DNA of 64,000 nucleotides from Paramoeba atlantica (Eukaryota > Protista > Discosea): contig CDRNVI010000200.1 of assembly GCA_977017575.1 (NCBI GenBank), positions 1 to 64,000 of the forward strand, given 5' to 3'. The notes below the pieces were generated by a model. The model made no database searches and was not told the DNA's origin. It saw nothing but the letters and a program-made list of their open reading frames with translations. Shown here piece by piece: positions 1-11,399 of the stretch (its first letter is position 1; each line of letters opens with the position of its first letter). The translations under genes were made by a program, and so were the position numbers.

Positions 1-635
1 CCTAAACCCTAAACCCTAAACCCTAAACCCTAAACCCTAAACCCTAAACCCTAAACCCTAAACCCTAAACCCTAAACCCTAAACCCTAAACCCTAAACCC
101 TAAACCCTAAACCCTAAACCCTAAACCCTAAACCCTAAACCCTAAACCCTAAACCCTAAACCCTAAACCCTAAACCCTAAACCCTAAACCCTAAACCCTA
201 AACCCTAAACCCTAAACCCTAAACCCTAAACCCTAAACCCTAAACCCTAAACCCTAAACCCTAAACCCTAAACCCTAAACCCTAAACCCTAAACCCTAAA
301 CCCTAAACCCTAAACCCTAAACCCTAAACCCTAAACCCTAAACCCTAAACCCTAAACCCTAAACCCTAAACCCTAAACCCTAAACCCTAAACCCTAAACC
401 CTAAACCCTAAACCCTAAACCCTAAACCCTAAACCCTAAACCCTAAACCCTAAACCCTAAACCCTAAACCCTAAACCCTAAACCCTAAACCCTAAACCCT
501 AAACCCTAAACCCTAAACCCTAAACCCTAAACCCTAAACCCTAAACCCTAAACCCTAAACCCTAAACCCTAAACCCTAAACCCTAAACCCTAAACCCTAA
601 ACCCTAAACCCTAAACCCTAAACCCTAAACCCTAA
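1..635. repeat. Telomere, (CCCTAAA)n / TTTAGGG-type array
   Basis: Uninterrupted perfect 7-mer CCCTAAA from base 1 to CCCTAA at 635, C-rich strand on +, as expected for a left chromosome end. Confidence 0.99.
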
Positions 636-2900
636 TAGAGTTACCTTGTTCGACTGGATCAACCTTGAATTATACACTGTATTTGTAACCTTTTGGACAC
701 CTTGTTTTTCATCTTGTCTGAATTGGATCAATGACTTCTGTGACAACAACACAACGATTTTAATTGTTTGGATTTGGCGATCTCTAAGGTGTGTACAATC
801 TTTTGGTGATCTTTGGAAAAATCAATTTCTATTCTCGGCCTTGTTTCGTGAAACTCTGAGAAAACCCCTTGTTTGAGGCTTGATTGTGAAGAATTTCGAT
901 ATTTCTGCACTACCAATGACTTCAAATATGCATTTCTCTTCCACCAATCGACTCTGGGCACATTTCCACTTCACTCCTGAACCGAAATTGTGGACAATCC
1001 CTTTCTGGAATTTCATTTTGTGGTGAAAGACTCCCTGAGACTAAATTTCCCCGGAAACAACCACCTTTTTGGCCATTTCTCGGATTCTCAAACATTATAC
1101 ATGATTTCTCGGGTATGCGGGCGGACTATACCTTGTTTCAAACCAGTAGAAGTGTAAAATCGCCTGTACATTTGTTGAAGTTCTTTTCTGGGACCGAATC
1201 TCTGAAAATTACCCTAATATTGGCAATTTTGGAATTTCTCACTCTTTTTTATTTGGTTTCAATTCCCAAAGACTCTTTATATTTTTGTTTGAGGTTACGG
1301 AAATAATTGAAGTTCCTCTTTGGAAGTCTTACTTTTCGAAAAATCTCTCAATGACAGAAATTTGGATCTTATTCTCCCAATTCCTGAGTTTGTGAATCAG
1401 TTGTCAGTAACACCTTGTGGAATCACTCCTGTTTTGTTGATTTTCTAGAACCCCCTTTTTGCTCTCTCTCTGCCGATTATTGAGCTCTTTTGTGGTTTCA
1501 TCACCCTCCCATCCAAGTGAAGTAACAGCATCTCTCTCTTAACTTTCCAGTGAAAGAATCGTTCAGTGATGTTAAACTTTTCGAAATTTCCTTTGCTTCT
1601 TGACTTTGAGATTTCTCAGCTTCATTTCCTTGATGATATTCAAGTTCTCAACAACTGATTGCTTTTCTCTTTGAATCAAGCGGAAAATTGGAACATTTTG
1701 GAACATTTTGGGAACATTTTGGGAACTCTTATTCTCGGATATCCATCTTGTTGGCAAAGCTCCTTTTTGGATTACTCCTGACTGATTTCTTGAACTTCTT
1801 TTGGTTTCACTTTTTGATTATCGAGCTCTCTTGTGGTGGTCTTACCATTCCCCACATTATGTAAGTGGAGCGACGGAACCTTTCTCATGATTTCCCTTCT
1901 GGAAGAATTGTTTTTGTAACAGAATTTTCGACAATTTCCCTTTGCTTCTTGACTTTATGGATCCTCAGTTCATTTTTGAGTTCTCAGTGATTCTTTCTCC
2001 TTCTACTTGAATTAAGTGAGATATCGGAACATTTTGGAATTTCCTTTTCTCCAAAGAGTCATATTTTAATGGCGAAACTCCCCCAAGAGATTGCTTTAAT
2101 CTGTTGACTTTTGGGATTCCTCTCTTGTTGTTGGATTATTGAGTTGTTCTTGTGACTTTATATTCCCCCTTTCAAACCAGTGAAGCGAATTCTTGGATCT
2201 TCTCTTTGAAACTATTGCCTTGTTTATGGAATTTTTGGAACAACTCTCCATATTGTTTGATTTTGGGATTTCCTTTGCCTTGATTCTCGAATTTTGAGTT
2301 TTTTTATTCTGGTTTCTTATTTCCTCAAGTCTTTGGAACACACACTGGTATTGTATTCTTTGAATCTAAGTTGGGGGCACAAATCTTTTGGAATTATATT
2401 CTTTGGAAAATCATCTCATGAACAGAGCAATCCGAATGCAGAACCAATCTTGTTTTGTTGATTTTAGATTTCTCATTCCTATTCTTTTGATTTTCAAGCC
2501 CCTCTAACTTTTGTAACTTCTTTGGGATCAATTGGAACAATGTGATATTTTCGAATTTTATTCTTTGAAAGGACTGCCTTATTGCCAAAATTTTTGGATT
2601 GTTGAGTCATTATTCTGTGCTGAGCCAATTTTGGGGTACTCCTTGCTCTGATTTTGATTCAAATCTTCTGGTGGTCCCTTTTCCTCCCTGGCTTGCTGAA
2701 ATGTTGCCTCATTGGAAGAATTGTTATTCTCTATTATTGGATTTGTGACTCCAATAAAATTGGAGATTCTGCTCCCCTCCTCACAATTCTATTGCTGATG
2801 CTTCCTTCTCTCTCATCCTCGATTCTCTCTGTTCTAAGTTTCTTTTCTTTTCAAGAAACCTTGATTCAAAATTTTCCTCTGTCATTGAGTCTCATGTTTC
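636..2900 (+). pseudogene. Decayed coding-like sequence with three degenerate ~320-340-bp internal repeats; product unknown
   Basis: Homologous blocks near 1440-1720, 1790-2040 and 2100-2340 (gattatYgag...; tttccYtttgcYt.; ggaacattttgg). Protein-like stretches (e.g. DY*/RALLW) are broken by stops, many of them TGA. Confidence 0.45.
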
Positions 2901-2939
2901 AGCAAGTCCCACCCATTGAGCATATCTACTTTCTCCCCA

Positions 2940-3532
2940 ATAAAGAATGGATTGATGATTTGTGGAAAATTTACTCTCAAGAGAAATACCAGAAGTTTTG
3001 GAACACCCAGTGTTTTATTTTGTGGATGGAACGGTTGTTGAAGTGAACTGGATACACAGTGCTCTAATCACATCACGGACTTTTTGGAATGGAAAAGCCA
3101 ATGTTTTTTGTTGTTGTTGTCTCGCCTTGCCTTGTGGGCAGATTGTATTTAATTTTTCCAAAAAATTAGTGAAGGAGGATCGATCCACTGGGAAAAACCC
3201 ACACTGGGAAAATAAGAAGGTGGGTGGCAGAAAAACTTCTTGCACAAAAGTATTTGAACTGCCGAGACAGAAGTCGATGGGAAGAATTACAAGAAAGAAA
3301 TTGGAGGAGACAAAGCATATCCTTATGGTTTTTCAAAACCTGATGGATGGGTTGTGCGAGTGACAAAGACAGTAGAAGAAACAAAGGAAGTGAATGAGAA
3401 AGGTGAGGAAGTTGGAGAGAAAGCCAAAGATTTTCCAAACTGCAAGATGTTGAATTTGACCCCCCCCCCCCCTTTGCGATTGCTCATTTGCGAGGTGTTG
3501 TTGAGAGGACGATCCAGCGAATTAAAAGTTAG
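2940..3532 (+). mobile_element. Frameshifted DDE transposase pseudogene (DDE_Tnp_4; PIF/Harbinger or ISL2EU-like)
   Basis: Triad-like motifs in order across three frames: FYFVDGTVVEV (D at 3025), IGGDKAYPY (D at 3309), AIAHLRGVVERTIQRIK (E at 3503). LPCGQIVF and GGSIH lie between them. One frameshift coincides with the poly-C run at about 3460-3472. Confidence 0.7.
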
Positions 3533-4109
3533 CCTTTTTTTTTCATAACCTCAAACCCCTGTTGCTCTAATGAAATGAGAACTTACAAAATGATTCTATT
3601 CTCTGTCTTGTGCTCTTGTGAGTTGGTTTCTTTTGAATAACAACAACAATCAACAAATTTAAAAAGTAAATGTTTATTTTTCTTTTCAATTGAATTTGTG
3701 AAACTCTTCACTTTTCTTTTTTGCTGATTGACTTGCACCGCACCTTCTAAGTGTTCTGGGTAACCAATTGGAGATGATCTTTTTTTTTTTAGTGGGCCGA
3801 AGGAAGTTTCCAAACTTTGTTCTTTGTCATTTTCTTTTTCTCTTCTCTTTGTGTCTTCTTTTCCTTCCTCATCCTTTTTTTCTTTTTCTTTTTTCTTTCC
3901 TTTTCCTTCTGCTTTCTGCTTTTCCCTCTCTCTTTCTGCTTTCTTTTCCCTAACCCACCTGTTCCTGGTTCCTCTTTCTCATCTTTCTCATTTTCATCTT
4001 TCTCTTTCTCTTTCTCATCTTTCTTTTTCTCTTTTTCTTTCTCATCTTTCTTTTCATCTTTCTTTCCTTTTACTTACTGTTTTCTTTTCTCCATTTTCTT
4101 CCTGTTTTA

Positions 4110-4566
4110 TGGGGACAGGGATGTGATTTTAGGATTGTGGTCTCACGCTTGTTGTTCTGCCTTGGGACTTCTTCAAAGAATTCTTTCTTGATCACATCCC
4201 AATCAAAATCAAATCTGATTTTGTGGTAAAGTGGCCAATCAGGAGGACAAGAAAAGCAAGCAAGCAAGTTTCTTCTTTCGATTTGTAATCCACTTTTCGG
4301 TGGAGAATCCAGACGATTTTTTGTGAGAAGAAAGAGACTCAACAATAATGCAGCAACACCTGCTTACATTTTCTTGTGAGTGTTTCTCCCACCCCTTGGC
4401 AAGGACAAGATGATGAAAGTATTCCGGAAGGAGTGAGCGAAGTTCGAACCAGATAGTTCTTATTCGCGATTTTCTCAACATTGAACAAACCCCTCCTCAT
4501 AAATCCCACTTATTGTTTGGAGTTTCTTGGAAGAACTGAAGTTTCCTCACATCCCCACAAGCTTAT
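4110..4566 (+). pseudogene. Decayed exon-like block with multiple in-frame TGA stops
   Basis: Follows a long pyrimidine tract. One frame reads as protein (DVILGLWSHACC...KYSGRSERSSNQIVLIRDFLNIEQ) but is interrupted by repeated TGA. No family recognised. Confidence 0.3.
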
Positions 4567-5159
4567 TAAATCTTTTCCTTTTCGAAAATTTTGAGAACCA
4601 CTCACAAAAAGAGAAAACAACAGAATTCTCAGAAAAGTTGGAAGGCAAACGAGGTATCATTCACACAAAACGAAAGCAAAAAAAAAAAAAAACACAATGT
4701 CATTTTTAGAGTGTTAAATCGCGTCGCAAGTTGGCCAATTTTTTTTTTGTTTTTTTTTTTTTTCGAAAAAAGAAAAAAGAAAATTTGGCTTACACACACT
4801 CACACTGAAGAATCTTTCCCCACACACACACAATTCATCGATTCCTGTCGTGATTTGCCGATTGATTTATTTTCTCTCTCTCTCTGATATTTACGAAAAT
4901 TAGGTTCTTTTATTTTTTTATTTTCTCTCGAAAACTTTTGTTTCGAAACTTTTGTAATTTTTCTCCATGATAGAAGGGAAATTTCCATTTTTTCGAACGA
5001 ATCAATTCAAACCCCATCAAGATGGTGGATTAATCCAACCCCCCCTCCTAACCTCTGACTCACTTAACCTCTGACACTACACAAGATTGTTCTTTTTTTC
5101 GGATCAAGTTGGTTTTTATTTTACTCTCAAAAAAAGTATTTGACTGAGAATATCATCCT

Positions 5160-7343
5160 CTCTTTTGAGAACAGACTCTTGTCTTGCTTGGTGATGTAAC
5201 ACAAGCAACTTGGGGGTTTCTAATTCTCTCGAAGAGATTTGGGACCTTTTATTTTTTTTTCTGTCTGGGCGGACAGAAACCAAGATCAAAATCGCTCTTG
5301 AAAGGAATTTGTCCAACGTTTTTTGGGTTTGAAAAATTTAAACTCGAGAATATTCAATCACTCTTCTTAAGGTGCTATTTTTATAACTTTTATCTTTTCG
5401 CTTCTTTTTGCTTTTTTTTTTCTTTTCATTTTTCCCCTCTCTTTTTCTTCTTTCCCTCCTCCTCCCCCTCCCCACCTTCTTTTTTCCCTCCTCATTTTCT
5501 TCCTTTTTCTCAATTTTTTTTTTATTTTCCAAAAGAGAGATTTTGATCAAATTCTTTGTGTGTTTGCGTGCGATTTCGATAATCTCAGAAAAATATGAAA
5601 AAGAAAAACACCACCTCTGCCACCACCACATTTCCTTCTTTCCAGAAAACATGGAACGTATTGAAAAAGACTTTTCATTCTTCCCCTTCATTCTTCCTCT
5701 TTTAATAAAGCTTCGCTTTTTCAAATATCTTTGCAGAGTATTTTTTTTTTGTTTTGTTTTTCTTCCTTCTTCTTCCTGTCTTTGTGCTTCTCATCTCCTT
5801 TGAAAAGATGTTTTCTCTCTCTTCTTTCTCTTTTCTTTCTCTCTTCTTTCTCTCTTCTTTCTCTCTCCTTTCTCTCTTTCTCTCTTTCCTCTCTCTCCCC
5901 TCTCTTTCTCTTTCTCATTTCCTCATTCTCTATTTCCCATTCTCTTTCTCTTTCACTTCACTCTCTCTCCCCTCTCTTTCTCTTTTTGATATTTACTTTC
6001 TTTTCCTTTAAAAAAAGGCTCAGACAATTCAAAAACCATCTGCTGAAGTTCCTTCGATTGGTGAGGGTGTTTTGGCTTTGGCTTGGGTTTTTTTTTTGTT
6101 TTCTTTTTTTTTTGTTATTTTGTTTTTATTTTGTTTTTGTTTTTGTTTTTGTTTTCTTTTTTTTTTATTTCATTTCATTTCTTTTTCTTTTTCTTTTTCT
6201 TTTTCTTTTTCTTTTTCTTTTCTTATTTTTTTTCTTATTTCTTTTCTTGTTTCTTTATTTATTGATAAAAAAACAAAAATTTGTTTTGTTTTGTGTTGTA
6301 TTGTCTTATATTTATTATTATGAATTATTATGAATTACTCTGAATTATTAATTCTTTCTTTCTTTCTTTTATTTTTTTAATTAAATGAATAATTATTTTT
6401 TAAAAAAACAATGTACCAGAACACCCGTCATGTTTAATGGTTGGGACAACTGCAAATCAAAAATTCAATTGATTTTCGTGACTCTCCTTCTACTCTTCCT
6501 TCTTTTGTGGTTCTTTTTTTTTTCTTTTTTTTCTTTCTTTTCATTCTTTTGTGGTTGTTCTCTTCTTCTTCTTCTCTCTCCACAGCCCTTTTCCCCTTTA
6601 TTCTTCTCTTTCTCTCTCTTTCTCTCTTTCTCTCTTTCTCTCTTCTCTCTCTTCTCTCTCCTCTCTCCTCTCTCCTCTCTCCTCCTCTCTCCTCTCTCCT
6701 CCTCTCTCCTCTCCTCTCCTCTCTCCTCTTTTTCTTCTCTTTTTCTTTTCTTTTTCTTCTCCCCTTCTCTCTCCCTCTCTTTCTTTCTTTCTTTTTTTTT
6801 TCAGCATTCCACTCTTTGCTCTTCCACTTGCAAGTCCGAACTTCAATCTTGGAATGACTCTTTTATTGGTTTCTTTTTGACTGCTAATGGTTATCAACTT
6901 AGTGATTGGTCCTTTTATAACAATCTCCACATCGCAAGTCAAAAATTTGGGAAATCAATTCTAGGTGAAAATGGGCCATTGTCTCTTTATTTGACATCAA
7001 CATTGATTCAGCATATGAAGACAACTCATCAGTTTTGCTGATTGATGTTTGTGTGTGTTCAACTCTCCTATTCATTTTTTCATGTGTATTTGAACATTTT
7101 TTGGTTTTTTTTTTATTTTCATTTTTTAATTTTTTTTCAAAAATAAATTTCTTTTTCTTTATTTTTCTTTCTTTTCTTTCTTTTTCTTTCTTTTTCTTTC
7201 TTTTTCTTTCTTTTTCTTTCTTTTCTCTCTTTTTTCAAAAATTATTACCACACCACACCAACAAACCAATACTACAACAACAACAACTCCTGTACCACAT
7301 CACCACAACATGCAAGAAGAGGGAGATGAAGAAGAAAAATGAA
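5160..7343 (+). pseudogene. Probable intron-containing gene or pseudogene, product unknown
   Basis: Complex-sequence islands (about 5260-5370, 5535-5738, 6018-6061, 6410-6510, 6805-7045, 7240-7343) separated by GT..pyrimidine-rich intron-like tracts. Some islands have a stop or apparent frameshift. The last reads ...HHHNMQEEGDEEEK*. Confidence 0.3.
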
Positions 7344-7429
7344 TTCAATATTTTTCCTCTGCTTTTTTCTTCAGGTTTTTTCTTCTCATATTTATTTGTC
7401 CTCCAATTTTTAATCCAAGTTTTCTCTTT

Positions 7430-8353
7430 TGGTTTCTCCACACTGATTTTTTTTCCCAATTTCTCAACTGGTTTCTCAACTGATTTCCCTACCGGATTTC
7501 CCCACTGATTTCTCCCTAACCCCTTTGGTCTCTCTTTCTCTCTCTTTCTCTCTCTCCTCTCTCTCTCTCTTTTTCCTTTCTTCTTTTTTTTTTCTATTTT
7601 CTCCTTTTCTTTTTTCTCAAAATTTACAGAACAAAGATCAACTTCAACATGTGCCCACCTCAAATGTACTTCCTTTTTCTGGGGTTTCCTTTCTTTTCTC
7701 TTCTGATATTTCTTTTTCATTTTTCTCTTCTGTTTTTTCCTTGGTTTTTCCTCCATTTCCCCCCCCCACCCCACTGATTTCTTCTCTTATATTTCTACTG
7801 TAATTCTCCACCAATTTCTCCATCATTTTCTCTGCTGATGTTTCCACTGATTTGTTCACCAATTTCTCTACAATATTTCTCCACCAATTCTTCTATCTTC
7901 AGATCTGATTTTCTTTCTCTGCTGATACCTGCCAATTCCTCCGCCAGTTCCTCTGCAATATCTCTCTGCTTCCTCTCTGGTTTCTTTCTCTCTTTCTCTC
8001 TCTTTATTTTTTCCTTTTCTTTTCTTTTCACACACCACATTTTTTTTTAGCCACCAAAACAACAAAACACGATTTTTTTTAGTTCTTTTTTATTTAGTTC
8101 TTTTTTTTTCACTGCCGCTCCAACAGTGTGTGTTACTCATTTTTTATTTTTTTCTTCCTTTTTTCAGGTTCCCTTTCTTTCTTTTCTTCTTTATTAAAGA
8201 GGTTGTCTTTTTTCCTTTCTTTCTCTTATTAATTTCTCTGCAATATTTCTCCATCAATTCCCTTGCCAATTTGTTCACTAAAATCTTGACCGATTGTTCT
8301 TTAATATTTCTCTGCTTGCTCCCTCTCTCTGGTTTCTTTCTCTCTCTCTTTCT

Positions 8354-8394
<41 letters not shown>

Positions 8395-11300
8395 GATATT
8401 TTGTTCCACTGAACAGAAATAAAAAGATTTTCTGATTCCTTCACCAATCCCTCTGCCAATTATTTCTCTGCTGGTTCCTCTGCCAATTTGTTCACCAATT
8501 TCTCTGCAATATTTTTCTGCCAATTTCTCTGCTGATTTGTTTACCTTTTTTCTCTGCTCCAGATCGAGTTTCTTTCTCTGCTGGTTCCTCCGTCGATTCC
8601 TCTGCCAATTCTTCTGCAATCTTTCTTTGCTTCCTCTCTAGTTTTCTTTCTTTCCTCTTTTTCTTTATTTTTTCCTTTTTTTTTTTCTTTTCACACACCA
8701 CATTTTTTTTAGCCACCAAAACAAAACATGATTTTTTTTAGTTCTTTTTTATTTATTCCTTTTTTTTTCACTGCCACTCCAACAGTGAGTGTTGCTCATT
8801 TCTTTCTTTTTTCTCTCCCTCCCCCCCCATCCATCCTTGATCTTTCTCTCACTTTCATTTTTTCATTAATTTTTCATTCCTTCCTTTCCCTTTCTTTTTT
8901 TTTTTCTTCTTTTCTCTCTTTCCATTCTCTTTTTCTTTTCTCTCTTTTCTCCTTTCCCCTTTCTCTTCTCTCTCTTTTTTAGAACATAAAGCAAAGAACA
9001 AAGATTCAATATTTTGCACATACACATAACACTGCTGGATCTATGAATCGCTTTTTTTTGGGCTCACTATTTCTTCTATTGATCTGTCACCTCAAATTCT
9101 TTTATTCTTTCAAAAAAGGTTTTCTCTTTCTTTCTTTTTATTTTTTTTTGTTACAAATATTTCCTCACTTCTCTCTCTTTTCTTCTCTCTCTTCTGATTT
9201 ATTTCCAATTTCCTTTGTTAATTTCTCCACAATATTTCCCTGTTGATTTCTTTTGGAATTCCTCTTCAATATTTCTTTGCTTGCTCCCTCTCTCTGGTTT
9301 CTTTCTTTCTCTCTTTCTTTTCTCTTTCTCTTTCTCTTTCTCTTTTTCTTTCTCTTTTTTTGATATTTTGTTCCACTGAACAGAAATAAAAAGATTTTCT
9401 GATTTCTTCACCAATCCCAATCTCTCTGCCAATTATTTCTCTGCTGGTTCCTCTGTCAATTTGTTTACCAGTTTCTCTGCAATATTTCTCCACCAATTCC
9501 CCTGCCAAGTTGTTCATCTTTTTTCTCTGTCAATTCCTCTGCAATGTTTCTCTGCCAATTCTTCTATTGATTCTTCTCTCTTTGGTGTGTGTGTTTATCT
9601 TTCTTTCTTTCCTTTCTTTTTTTTTTCTCTTTTTTTTTTATTATTTTATTCTCATTTTCTTTTTTTTTCTCAAAACAAAGAACAAGTTCAAAGTTGCATG
9701 CACACAACACCATGTGTGGGGGGGTGTGTTCTTTTTTTCACCAGTCAAAACACCACAATGTGATTTTTTTTCATGTCCTCTTTTTCACCACTTTGCAACC
9801 TTCTTCCTTTTTTCAGGTTTCTTTTTTTTTGATTTCTTTCTTTGGTTTCTCCCTCAATTTTTTAGTTTTCTTTCTCTCTCTCTCTCTCTCTTTTTTTTTT
9901 TTTTTTTTTTTATTTTTCTCAAAATACAAAACACAGAACAACAATTGTATTCCACCAATTTTTCTTGTGTTGATTTCTCTTGGAATTTCTCCTTTAATTT
10001 TTGTTTACCTTGGTTTTTTTTTTTCTTTCTTTCTCTTTTTCTTTATTTTTCCTTTCTTTTTTCTCAAAAAAAAACACAATTCACAAAGAACAAACCCAAA
10101 ACTCCATTTTTTGTATTTTTCTCTTTCCTCTCCCTCACTGAGTTCTCATTTTTCTTTTAATATTTTCAGATGAATTTTACATAATAGAGAAAATTATCTT
10201 CAGAACACTTTTTTTGTTTTAAAACTTCTCTCACCAAATTCTAAAATGAATTGATTCACAGAAAAGGGTTTCATTTTATTTCTTTCTTTCTCTTTCTCTT
10301 TTCTCTCTTTCAAGTTTTCAAGTTTTTCAATTTGGTTGTTTGTTTGTTGGTTTAGTTAAAAGAAAAATGAATTTTACAGTTTTGGTTTTTCTTTTCTAAC
10401 CACACTTCTTTTTCCTTCCTTTTCTTTTAATTTTTATTATTTTAGTTTCATTCTCTGCTGCTGTTGATTTAGTTTTTGATTTCCTCACTGAGTTTTCTTT
10501 GCTGTTGATTTCTCCACTGATTTTTGTTTTTTGTTGTTTGTTCTCCTCTTCTCCCCTTGAAACCCTCTCTTCTGGTTTTTCTCTCTTTCTTTTCCCTTTC
10601 TTTTTTTTCTTGTCTCATCCTCTCTCTCTTATTAAATTATATTCTTTGTTTCAGTAAAGTGGAAAGAAAAATACAATGATGTTTAATGACTCTTTTCTAG
10701 GTTCAATTTTTTGAATTACTTTTTTCTTTTTTCCTCTCTCTCTCTCTTTTTTCTCTTTTCTTTTTCTTATTTTTTCTTTCAAAATACAGAACAAATAACA
10801 TCATTGAATGAGCTCTCTTCTTGTTGATTTCTCCTCCAATTTCTTTTTTGCTTTCTCTGCTCCCTCTCTCTCTGGTTTCTCTCTCTCTCTCTCTCTATTT
10901 TCTCCCCTGTTTTCTCTCCCTCAAATTTCTCTCCTCTTTTCTTTTTTCTTTGTTCTTTCTCATTTTCTTTCTTTTCAAAATACAGAACAAACAAAAATTA
11001 AAAGTTTTTTTTGTACTGATTGATGTGTATTTATTATTAGATGTTGTGAGATGTTGTGAGATGCTTCTCCAATTTTTCTCACCTGCTTTCTTTTTGATTT
11101 TCTCTGAGCTTTCTCTGCTTTCTGTTCTTGTTTCTGGTTTCTCTTTCTTCCTCTTTCTTTTCTTTTTCTTTTCTTTTCTCTGCTTTCTCCTCTCATTTTC
11201 TTTCTTTTCAATACACAGAAAAACACAAAAAAAAGAAATTTCCTCTCTAATTGAACATTCAAGAGTGTTCACCTCCTTTTTTTCATCACCCCTCCTCTCC
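7430..11300. repeat. 12-bp-period minisatellite within degenerate higher-order repeats
   Basis: Recurrent ttctctgcYaat / ttctccaccaat 12-mers. Shared blocks cacacaccacatttttttagccaccaaaac (about 8030, 8693) and gatattttgttccactgaacagaaataaaaagattttctgatt (about 8395, 9362). Confidence 0.75.
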
Positions 11301-11399
11301 TTTAAGGTTTTTCTCAATTTTTTTTCTTTCTTCTCTCTCTCTTTCTCTCTAAAATACATGTATTTCCTAAAGTGTAGTATGTTTAAATGAATAAGTTTT

